Source of the DNA: an uncultured Acidimicrobiia bacterium | GTDB taxonomy: Bacteria; Actinomycetota; Acidimicrobiia; Spongiisociales; JAENVV01 | Length of the DNA: 64,000 nucleotides | Assembly: GCA_963835515.1 (NCBI GenBank) | Contig: CAWIFX010000043.1 | Span: forward strand, 118,261-182,260 | Reading direction: 5' to 3' | Shown here: piece by piece, positions 56,416 to 64,000 of the stretch | How the letters are laid out: every line of letters starts with the position of its first letter | How positions within the stretch are numbered: the first letter of the stretch is position 1 | Program-made: the position numbers and the translations under genes | The notes under the pieces: model-generated | Seen by the model: only the letters and a program-made list of their open reading frames with translations | Database searches by the model: none | Told to the model about the DNA's origin: nothing

Positions 56416-56734
56416 GTTTGAGAAACTTCTGCACACAGGTTGTGCACAAGACCCTGTGGAAACCTGTGGATACTGTGGATTATTCACTTCTTTCCATCAT
56501 TTTGTGCATAAATTGACCAGCAAAATCACGGTTATAAGTGGTTTAGGGTTTTTAGTATTGTCTAACAGACTGGTTGACGCATAGAAATATGTTTCGTAGA
56601 TTCGTCATAAGCAAGGCCCAAGGTGCTGCGACAATTCATCAACCGTTCGGGGAAGTGCGGGAGAAGTTTGTCGGGGTTCCTTGGGCTTTTGCGCGTCGGT
56701 GATGTCCTCGGCTGGACCCGGGTTCAGGGTCGGT
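56416..56734. other. Low-GC (~40-45%) 320-bp island between convergent genes with DnaA-box-like repeats and a sigma-70-like promoter
   Basis: TTGTGCACA, three tandem CTGTGGA(A/T)(A/T)(C/A) units spaced 10 nt apart (reverse complements ≈ TTATCCACA), and TTTTGTGCATAAA. TTGACG-17-TAGATT at ~56574-56602 on the + strand. Confidence 0.5.
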
Positions 56735-57310
56735 TCAGGGCTCGAGGCCGACCCCCAACGTGGCGGCCACTCCGGCGTCGATCATGAGATCAAACGAGGC
56801 AGCGGCCGGCACGTACCCGCCCAGCGTCTCCATGAATAGCACGGTCACGTAGATGCGCCCGTTGCTGTCGACTTCCGAAGCGATTCCTACCCGGTCATAG
56901 TCGCCCATGATGTTGGCCCGATGGGTCGGCGAGGCCATGAAAGCCTTGTGGAGCTTTTCGATGTTTGGCCCGTAGCCGACGTTTTCGCCGATCGTCTGCC
57001 AGCCAGTCGTGAACTTTGTCAGGTCCGACGAGTGATAGATATCTCCACGGGCCAGCATTTCGGACGTGTGGATTGCTGCGTCGTCGACGAGGTCGTCGTA
57101 GGGGACCAGTTCGTTGAGACCCGCCGCGACACGCTCTGCGTTGAGCAGGGCCACGAACTCAAGATCCATGGACGGGTTCGCCGAGGACTGTGCCGCCATC
57201 GCCGGGGTGAAGGGAGCGATGGTATTGGCGCCCGATGGTGCCGCCGCAACCGAAGAGACGATGCTGCCCGCGATCGCAACCGTGAGGGCAAAGATGAAGG
57301 CCAGGCGCAT
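56735..57310 (-). CDS. Secreted CAP/SCP/PR-1 (YkwD-like) domain protein
   Basis: Signal peptide. CAP motifs …LNAERVAAGLNELV… and HRANIMGDYDRVGI. Confidence 0.75.
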   Translation of the reverse strand: MRLAFIFALTVAIAGSIVSSVAAAPSGANTIAPFTPAMAAQSSANPSMDLEFVALLNAERVAAGLNELVPYDDLVDDAAIHTSEMLARGDIYHSSDLTKFTTGWQTIGENVGYGPNIEKLHKAFMASPTHRANIMGDYDRVGIASEVDSNGRIYVTVLFMETLGGYVPAAASFDLMIDAGVAATLGVGLEP

Positions 57311-57368
57311 ACCTTGTCTATCGGCAAAACGGCCTCAAATGTTGAGGTGGCCGGGAAGATTTGTCGCG

Positions 57369-58253
57369 TTACAGCGCCAACCCGAACATCAGTTCACGCA
57401 GGTTGACCGGTTTGGTCTCGAAGGAGTTGAGGTCGACTCGCATGGAGCCGAGTCGCAAACCTTGCATGCCTTCGCCGTGGTTCGTCAAAACCCTCAGCAC
57501 CCCGTCGGTGTAGTCCAGTACGCCGAGACCCAGACAGGCGCCCACCCCGTCCTGGACCCCCACGACCATGCCTGCCAGGCGGTCCAGGTCAAGCCCGGTG
57601 GGAAGGGTCGGCGCAAAAACGGTCGGCCTGATTCTCCAGGCCTCCAGCGGATCGGCCAACGCTTGTTTCAGCTGGCGCACCCGGCCCTCCGAGCGGACAT
57701 CGGGTGATAGGGGAATCAGCTCGGGATGAACGTCGGCTGTTATGACGTCCACCGAAAAGAACCTTTGGAGCATTCCGATGATTGGCTCGAGTTCGGCGCC
57801 GCGTTGCAGGCCAACTACCAGCTCGGGACGGCACGTCTCGACCTTGTGATATTTCAGCGTCTGACCGACCACGCCGGATACCGCGCCAGTCGTATCGATG
57901 AGCACCAGGTCGGCTTCGGCGCGTGCCTGCTCGACAAGCGCGGCTGTAGCTAGAACCATCTGCAGGACCAGGCGTGACGGATTCGTGCTCCCGACGAAGC
58001 GCAACGCATCGGCTTCGGAAATGTTGGTCAGGTCGTCGCTGGTTCTGATCCACTTGAGTCCGACACACCCCGGCGGTCCGACGGTCGATTGGGCGACATC
58101 GGCATCCACCAATGCCGCGGCTTTCCCTTTGGCGATGCTTTGACGGAGAATCTCGCGCGCCAGGGTGGACTTTCCGGTGTCGGGCGCCCCAATAAGCATC
58201 ACGACTCCGCCCTGGTTGGCGATGGTCGCCGCAAGTTGTGTGTGATCGGTCAC
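57369..58253 (-). CDS. Clp1/Grc3-family P-loop polynucleotide-kinase-like protein
   Basis: Walker A VMLIGAPDTGKST, a 'lid' DADVAQSTVGPPG (D-x-D-x-x-Q), and a Walker B-like LVLIDTTG. This is the arrangement of the Clp1_P domain. Confidence 0.5.
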   Translation of the reverse strand: MTDHTQLAATIANQGGVVMLIGAPDTGKSTLAREILRQSIAKGKAAALVDADVAQSTVGPPGCVGLKWIRTSDDLTNISEADALRFVGSTNPSRLVLQMVLATAALVEQARAEADLVLIDTTGAVSGVVGQTLKYHKVETCRPELVVGLQRGAELEPIIGMLQRFFSVDVITADVHPELIPLSPDVRSEGRVRQLKQALADPLEAWRIRPTVFAPTLPTGLDLDRLAGMVVGVQDGVGACLGLGVLDYTDGVLRVLTNHGEGMQGLRLGSMRVDLNSFETKPVNLRELMFGLAL

Positions 58254-58406
58254 GGGCGGAATGGTAACGGCCGGCCGGGGTAGCGGGATCGCTCGTTAAC
58301 ATGGTTACCCATGAGACCTGCCACAACTTTCGTCATCATCGCCCTGCTGGCTGTTCTCGCCATTGCCGGAACCATTCAGATCATCCAGCTGAACTCGCCA
58401 TAGAGC

Positions 58407-59213
58407 TCAGATTCTTGAGAACGTAACCGGTCGCTCAAGCCCGACGGATAACTGGTCAGAGGCTCGACCTTGGCGCACGGCCAACGCGACCAGGCCCTGC
58501 GAGTCGATGACGGCCATCAGGTCACCCTCCGCGACGCGACCGAACGTGTCTACGAGTTGCACTTCCTGCTCGTTCACACCGATCTTCACCTTGATGGCGT
58601 CCCCAACGGAGATGCCGATCTCGGCTAGTTCGTCCGGTCCGATGTTGGTCTGGACGTTGCCGAATCGGTCGATCCACCAGGTGTGGCCTGACACGTGGTT
58701 GTCGCCAACTTCGGGGAGAGGCAGGATCATGGGAGTCAGCGACGCCGGGTTGACTTCATCGCCAAGGTCCGCAATGCGCGCTTCGCCGGAAGCAAGCACG
58801 GCGGCCGCCGGTCCAAAACGATCTCGCCCATCGAACGTCGCTCCCGCCGAGGGGATGATGAACTCCGGGTTCGTCAGCGTGTGAGCGATTCGCGCTCCGC
58901 CAACCATGGCGACTGCCGGAGACAGCAAACCGTTGTCCGGACCAACGAAGTAGCCCCAATCCGTTTGTACGGCGATGGGGAGGCGTTCGGTGCCAACCCC
59001 CGGGTCGACGACCGCTAGAGCGACGCCCTCGGGTAGGTACTGGATCGCCCGCATCAAGGACAACGCTCCCGACCGAACCGACCCGGGGTGGATCGAGTGG
59101 TTCACATCGATGACTCGCGTGTCGGGACTCAGTTTGGCAATGACCCCGTGCACGACTCCCACGAACTCGTCGTCGTGGCCGAAATCGGAAAGAAATGACA
59201 CAAAAGAGGGCAT
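58407..59213 (-). CDS. S-adenosyl-L-methionine hydroxide adenosyltransferase (DUF62; fluorinase/chlorinase-fold SAM hydrolase)
   Basis: …FLSDFGHDDEFVGVVHGVI…, …AVVDPGVGT…, …DRFGNVQTN… are conserved DUF62 blocks. Confidence 0.75.
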   Translation of the reverse strand: MPSFVSFLSDFGHDDEFVGVVHGVIAKLSPDTRVIDVNHSIHPGSVRSGALSLMRAIQYLPEGVALAVVDPGVGTERLPIAVQTDWGYFVGPDNGLLSPAVAMVGGARIAHTLTNPEFIIPSAGATFDGRDRFGPAAAVLASGEARIADLGDEVNPASLTPMILPLPEVGDNHVSGHTWWIDRFGNVQTNIGPDELAEIGISVGDAIKVKIGVNEQEVQLVDTFGRVAEGDLMAVIDSQGLVALAVRQGRASDQLSVGLERPVTFSRI

Positions 59214-59461
59214 TTAAGAAAAAAACTCCACAAAGTTCTCAAGGTGTACTGATCGGTGACCGATACTAGGGGGGTACGGGAGCGCTTCGGCGGTTCCGTA
59301 GGAGACAACTGAAGCACTACGGAAACCCTTGGGCACGTTCAAAAAACCCAAGGTGTATCGGAAGCCTCCCAGCCCGCCCCAGTGGTGTGGAAGTTGATTC
59401 CAAGAAAATGCCGGACCCCTCGGGGTCCGGCATTTTGTTTGGCAGGGTTCTTAGAAGGGTG

Positions 59462-60496
59462 TCAGGGAGTGGTCGTTGGAGTCGTGTCGGTCGGGATCGT
59501 GGAGTCGGTTGTCGTGCCGTCGCCCGGAGCGGTCGAGTCAGTCGTGGTGCCATCGGCTGGGGGAGTATCCAACCCGCAGTCGGTAATCGCCGCCTCGAGG
59601 CTTTCCCCACCAAACGCGACCCGTTCGTAGAGCACTACCGATCGGACTTCTTCATCGGACAATGACTCTCCCCAGGCCTGCATGCCTCCGGCGACGGGTG
59701 TGTTGTTGTCGCCGTAGGTGTTCCCGAACTCGGCTTGCCATCCCGCCGATCCGAGAGCGACCCACGTCACGTGATCTGAGCAAGAAGAGAACGTTGCGAG
59801 CACGGCCCCACCGGATAAGGCCGGGCCCGACACACCTTGACCGTTGGCGCCGTGACAGGCCGTACAGCTCGAATAGACCCCGCTACCGATGGCAATGAAA
59901 TCAGCTTGGCCGGCTCCGCCGCCGCCCACTCCGGAGTAGGCGGAGAGGTCGCAGTTGACGAGTTCATTGTTGAAGTCAACGGCTAATTGTCCCGCTTCTC
60001 CACAGTCGGGTCCTGCCGAGTTGATCGTCATATACCCAACGGCGAAGATCGGAAGGATCGTGAAGACCGCCACCATCCACGACGGAATAACCGACTTGGT
60101 TCGCTCCTTGATGCCGGAAGCTCGGACCGTGGTGACCTGGTCCCACTCGTACGACTCTTCGATAGTGACGGTGTCGGGAACCGGTGTGGCGGCGACGGCC
60201 CGGACCGGGGAAGGCTCAGACGCAGTGGGAGTCGGTGCAGGCACCGCGGGTGTCGGCGCCGAAGTCTCGTCCGGGTCTGGTGCAGAGGCTGGTGCGTCAG
60301 CTGGGCTGGCGGCCGGTGCCTCGGCTTCTACGGCGGGTGCGGGTGCGGCGGCGGCAGGTGCGGATCCGCCGCCCGCCCAGGCAGCGAGCACTTCCTCGAC
60401 AGTCGATCCCGTGGCCTGAGCTCGCGCCTTGGCGGAACGCATGACGAGATCCTCAGGTCCCCCGATATTGGCGGCAGCTGCCGATAGGTCACTCAT
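59462..60496 (-). CDS. Membrane-anchored mono-haem c-type cytochrome with conserved cytoplasmic N-terminal module and Thr/Pro-rich C-terminal tail
   Basis: CxxCH (CTACHG). Single TM. The N-terminal ~45 aa are homologous to the N-terminus of the next gene. Confidence 0.7.
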   Translation of the reverse strand: MSDLSAAAANIGGPEDLVMRSAKARAQATGSTVEEVLAAWAGGGSAPAAAAPAPAVEAEAPAASPADAPASAPDPDETSAPTPAVPAPTPTASEPSPVRAVAATPVPDTVTIEESYEWDQVTTVRASGIKERTKSVIPSWMVAVFTILPIFAVGYMTINSAGPDCGEAGQLAVDFNNELVNCDLSAYSGVGGGGAGQADFIAIGSGVYSSCTACHGANGQGVSGPALSGGAVLATFSSCSDHVTWVALGSAGWQAEFGNTYGDNNTPVAGGMQAWGESLSDEEVRSVVLYERVAFGGESLEAAITDCGLDTPPADGTTTDSTAPGDGTTTDSTIPTDTTPTTTP

Positions 60497-61290
60497 TTGG
60501 AGTCCTCCAGGAATTGAACCAACGCGGCGAGATCTGCATCCGAAAGGTAGGCGTAACTCGGCATCATCGAGTCGGGGTTGAGGCTCTTCGGGTCAACGAG
60601 AACAGTTCGGAGGATGGCGAGGTCTTCGTACCGGCTGCCGATATGGGTGAGGTCGGGTCCGATGCGAACAAATCCCAGGGTGGGTGGGCCGACGGCGGGA
60701 CTGGTTCCGGGTTCTGTGACCGGGCCCAGGCCGATATCGGTCACGACGGTTCTTACCTGCTGGGTGTGGCAGTACATGCAGCCCTGCTCCAGGTATACGT
60801 CCCGGCCGGCCAGGCCATCGGCGGACAGGATCGGCGTGGTGCCAGGGACTTGGTCGGCTGCGACATTTCGGGCATCGAGGCCGGGCAGGGCAACGGCAAA
60901 GAAGGCGCTCATCACGAACAAGACCACCAACGCAGCCGAAACCATGATCGGACTGTCGACCCGACCGACCAACAACGGTGCGGCGTCTCGATCGACTTTG
61001 GCCGCAACCATGACGGGAGCGGCGACGGCGGGTGCCTTCGGTGCCGGAAGGGCAGGAGCTTCGGACGGGGCTGGCCCGGCATTGTCCGGGGCGGTTGGCT
61101 CAACCGGTGCTTCAGCGACGGGCTCTGGCGACGGTGCCGGTGCTGCGGTGGCGACGGATCCGCCGCCTGTCCAGGCTCCGAGCACCGCATCGACGCTCGT
61201 ACCGCTGGCAGTCGCCCGAGCTTTGGCAGCTCGCACGATTAGTTCCTCAGGAACCCCCGTAGCGGCGGCGGCAGCAGCAGCGTCGCTCAT
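60493..61290 (-). CDS. CcoO-like mono-haem cytochrome c (cbb3 oxidase subunit II homologue) with ~100-aa N-terminal extension
   Basis: …GRDVYLEQGCMYCHTQQVR…GPDLTHIGSRY…MMPSYAYL… aligns with CcoO. The N-terminal module MSDAAAAAAATGVPEELIVRAAKARATASGTSVDAVLGAWTGGGS is shared with 59462..60496. Confidence 0.7.
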   Translation of the reverse strand: MSDAAAAAAATGVPEELIVRAAKARATASGTSVDAVLGAWTGGGSVATAAPAPSPEPVAEAPVEPTAPDNAGPAPSEAPALPAPKAPAVAAPVMVAAKVDRDAAPLLVGRVDSPIMVSAALVVLFVMSAFFAVALPGLDARNVAADQVPGTTPILSADGLAGRDVYLEQGCMYCHTQQVRTVVTDIGLGPVTEPGTSPAVGPPTLGFVRIGPDLTHIGSRYEDLAILRTVLVDPKSLNPDSMMPSYAYLSDADLAALVQFLEDSK

Positions 61291-62728
61291 GGGTTCACCG
61301 ACGCTTCGGCAAAGACGATCGTTTCGCGACTCGCCGTCTCACCGGAGGTGTACGTCCGCCACAGGTTGTAGAGATACACGAGGGCGGCTGCTTCGATGAT
61401 GAGCACGCCCAGCAACCCGAGTGAGTAGAGACCACCGACCGCCTCTGCTGTGGCGGAGAACCCTTCCCCGGCAATGGCCGACGTGCCGGCGTAGGCAGCC
61501 GACAACCAGGTGTAGCCAGATTGCAGTCCGGCAGCCCACAATGCCCCGGCGCCGAAAACTGCGCCGATCAGGGCGAGGCGTAGGTGGGTGCGACCGAGCG
61601 ACACGGAAAAGATTTGGCGGCCGAACGTGCGAGGAACGGCGTGGTACCCGAAAGCGCAGGCAAACAGCGTGCCGACCGCCCAGACGATCGCCAGATGGGT
61701 TCCGGTCGAGAACGTACGTCAACCCGATCACCGCAGAGACACTGCGAAAGCCCTGGATGCCGGCGATAAGCGCTACTGACGTGGCGGCGACGCTGCCGAC
61801 GATGGCGAACCGTATGGCCGGGTCGGTGCGGAACTGGTCCCACTTGCCCTGCATCGTCCCCGTGAGGTTCGCCAACACGGCTATGGCGGGGATGATCGTC
61901 CCGAACGCAAATACCGCACCGATGCTCTCTGCCCAGTCGCCCATCGGGCCAAACACCTGGCTGGCGAGACCCGCCCACAGACTCGTCACGACGAGCGACC
62001 AAAACCCGACCATGGCTAGCGACCGGCTGTAGAGGGGATTACCCGTGGCTTTCGGAATGATGTAATAGGCCGCCCCGATGCCAACGCCAACTGCCCACTG
62101 CGAGACGACCGTCGAGGTGTAGAACTGGTTTTGGGCGAGACCGCCAACTACCGCTTGGCCTGGGAAGTTACCGACGAGAGTGCCTCCGATGAGCCAGATC
62201 AGTCCGGCCAGGACGTAATACAGGCTGACGTAGGTCGACGTCTCGGTGCGATTGCCGATGGTGCGTACGGTTACGGCCAGCGGCACCAGATAGGTGAGCA
62301 GCAAGATCGCGTCGGCGATGACGTGGAAGTCGGCCAGCGGGCGACCATCGGTGTAACCCAGTCCAATCGCAACGACGGCCACGAGCGTGACGACGGCAGT
62401 GGCGATGGTGGCCGAGGACGGCCAGGGACTCGTTCCACAGCCGGGCACCGGTTAGACGGGGCAGGAGAAAGTAGATGATGGCAAGGTTCGAGAAGGTCAG
62501 CCATCCGTACAACGCCGACATGTTGGCCATCGGCTGGAGGCGACCGTACGAGAAGATGGCCGCCCCGGAGAGAAATGACGGGTAGGCAAGCTTAAGGCTG
62601 GCGAGGACCTGCAGGCCGATCGCCAGCAAGAGGAAGAGGCCCGCCAGCAAAAGCGCCACCCGATTAGCGGAGTCAGCTCCCCGGACAATGCCGGTTCGTG
62701 ATCGCTTATCTTCTGCGGTTATGGCCAA
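61287..62728 (-). CDS. cbb3-type haem-copper oxidase subunit I (CcoN) homologue lacking the canonical His metal ligands; two apparent frameshifts (~62400 and ~61650)
   Basis: Three minus-strand frames concatenate to a ~480-aa 12-TM protein. Strong block similarity to CcoN (…GRLQPMANMSALYGW…, …AYYIIPKATGNPLYSRSLAMVGFWSLVVTSLWAG…, …KWDQFRTDP…), but His at the haem-b, CuB and haem-b3 positions is replaced (PLHTN→PMANM, YGHNA→YTSTV, WAGPHH→WAGLAS). Confidence 0.45.
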
Positions 62729-62998
62729 ACCGGCGCTCCTTCAGCTATCTGCGACTGGGTGGGCGGTCGCAGCTTACTCGACTGTCGGCCCGCGTTCGAT
62801 TTCCTTGGATGGCATTCTGCCTGCCGGATACGGTCAGAGTCAAAGTGGCTGCAAACGTTATCGCATCGCCCCTGCATGCCTTAGGGTGAATTCAGAAACG
62901 GGTGTTGGATCTGCTAGAAATGCCATTGCAGCGATGCAGCTCGTGGCCGTTCGCCGTCTCGAGCAATCGGGACCCGAAGAGGAACAGAATCAGAGCCT

Positions 62999-63601
62999 AT
63001 GAATTGGGTATACGACCAAACGAAACGGAACCGGATCGGCACTGCTGCCATGGTGTTCGGGCTGTTCACGGTGGTCGTGGGTCTCGTGATAGCGGTTGCG
63101 TTCGGCAACGAGAAGATCGTAACGCCTGACTTCCTAAGAGATAGCTTCCTCAATATGCCCCGCTGGCTACCGGTCACATTCGGCCAGATCACTGCTGTGG
63201 CAGGATCCCAGTTCGTCATCCTGGGTGCCTTCCTCGTGTGGGTCACTGGACGACCGATGACCTGGACCCGGGCAGGCTACGCCACGTTTCTAACCTGGTA
63301 TCAGTTGATTCTGTACTACGGGATCATTCCCTCGGAGTGGTTGAACCTGACCCAGGGCCCACTCGGATGGACCTCACAAAAGATCTTCTTCACCGTCCCG
63401 CCGTGGCTGGTGCTCAACAATGAGGTCGAGATCTCATTCGCCGTCGTGAAAGACGCCATTTCCGGCGGATACCACGCGGTCGTTTTGGGCTTGGGCATCC
63501 TGCTGGCCTACAAGATTCAAGGGTTTGGGCTCGGTGCGCCCCAGCCGAAGCCGGAGATTGCCTCGCCGTATGGTCGCCCCCTCTCGAAGGCGACCGATTA
63601 G
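62999..63601 (+). CDS. Hypothetical membrane protein
   Basis: Four TM helices. No family recognised. Confidence 0.45.
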   Translation: MNWVYDQTKRNRIGTAAMVFGLFTVVVGLVIAVAFGNEKIVTPDFLRDSFLNMPRWLPVTFGQITAVAGSQFVILGAFLVWVTGRPMTWTRAGYATFLTWYQLILYYGIIPSEWLNLTQGPLGWTSQKIFFTVPPWLVLNNEVEISFAVVKDAISGGYHAVVLGLGILLAYKIQGFGLGAPQPKPEIASPYGRPLSKATD

Positions 63602-64000
63602 ATGGCTACTGCTCGTGACGTGTGGGTCGAAGTACCCCCAATCCGCGATGACTACCAGCTCGCCGTGGTTGACGGCGATTACTTGCTTGGCCAGGTAAAG
63701 CCCAAGCAGTTCCTGCACATCGACCAGTCAGAGTGCATCCTTTGTGAAGGCTGTGTCGATATCTGTCCGTGGAAGTGCATCCACTATCTCTCGCTCGACG
63801 CGATCGACGAAGGCAGCAACGTGGCCCATCCGCGAGAGAGCGAAGGCGCCAAGGGTTTCTTTCTCGTTGACGAGAACGAGTGCACCCGCTGTGCGCTGTG
63901 CGTTGATCGGTGCCCGACCGGGGTTATTACGCTTGGCAAGTTCGAAGGGTCACTGTCAGCAGAGGTGGCGACCGCCGGTCTCGCACCGTGGGACATTGAT
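63601..64000 (+). CDS. 2x[4Fe-4S] ferredoxin-domain protein, 3'-truncated at window edge
   Basis: ATG at 63601 overlaps the upstream stop. Two CxxCxxCxxxCP motifs (CILCEGCVDICP, CTRCALCVDRCP). The frame is open to the window end. Confidence 0.6.

Noticed and set aside
56416-56734. Calling this region the chromosomal origin (oriC)
   Set aside because: There is no dnaA/dnaN, parAB or gidAB gene in the window, and actinobacterial oriC normally lies between dnaA and dnaN. Kept only as a DnaA-box-like island finding, not as an origin feature.

Overview
High-GC (~60-65%) chromosomal segment from an actinobacterium. Phylum-level clues are a mycothiol-type MshA, a DUF222/HNH '13E12-like' endonuclease, a heliorhodopsin, and TTG/GTG starts with GGAGG-type RBSs. 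It is most consistent with an Acidimicrobiia-like or freshwater actinobacterial genome. Coding density is high (~65 CDS), and I found no rRNA, tRNA, CRISPR array or obvious transposase/prophage. Housekeeping content: B12-dependent class II ribonucleotide reductase nrdJ with a cluster of NrdR-box-like palindromes upstream, prfC, gdhA, mshA, an NfeD-flotillin pair, crcB, an ABC-2 exporter, an adenylate cyclase, and a 1241-aa hybrid histidine kinase. The most interesting part is a dense signalling neighbourhood around the heliorhodopsin gene (20.2-30.5 kb). It holds an ECF sigma/anti-sigma pair whose anti-sigma ectodomain is paralogous to a divergently encoded secreted repeat protein. It also holds a STAS-RsbW-SigB-like partner-switching operon plus a second RsbW-like gene, an RsbW-type ATPase fused to a V4R ligand-binding domain, and a stand-alone CarH-type B12-binding domain protein translationally coupled to a PAS-GAF-PP2C phosphatase. 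I propose this as a candidate light/ligand input module for a partner-switching stress response linked to heliorhodopsin; this is inference only. Other notable items follow. A ~0.5-kb diverged direct repeat plus a ~75-bp third repeat create chimeric gene fragments around gdhA. A cbb3-type ccoN-like gene has lost its His metal ligands and carries frameshifts, next to CcoO-like and second cytochrome c genes that share a novel N-terminal module. An RsiG-like protein has two E(x)3S(x)2R(x)3Q/H(x)3D c-di-GMP motifs. A 320-bp low-GC island between convergent genes carries DnaA-box-like repeats. There is a bacterial Clp1-family P-loop kinase and a MoaD-like-GG domain fused to a polytopic membrane domain. 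At least five genes show frameshifts, one at a G5 homopolymer, so these may be assembly indels rather than true pseudogenes. Coordinates of starts are approximate to within a few nt where alternative start codons exist.
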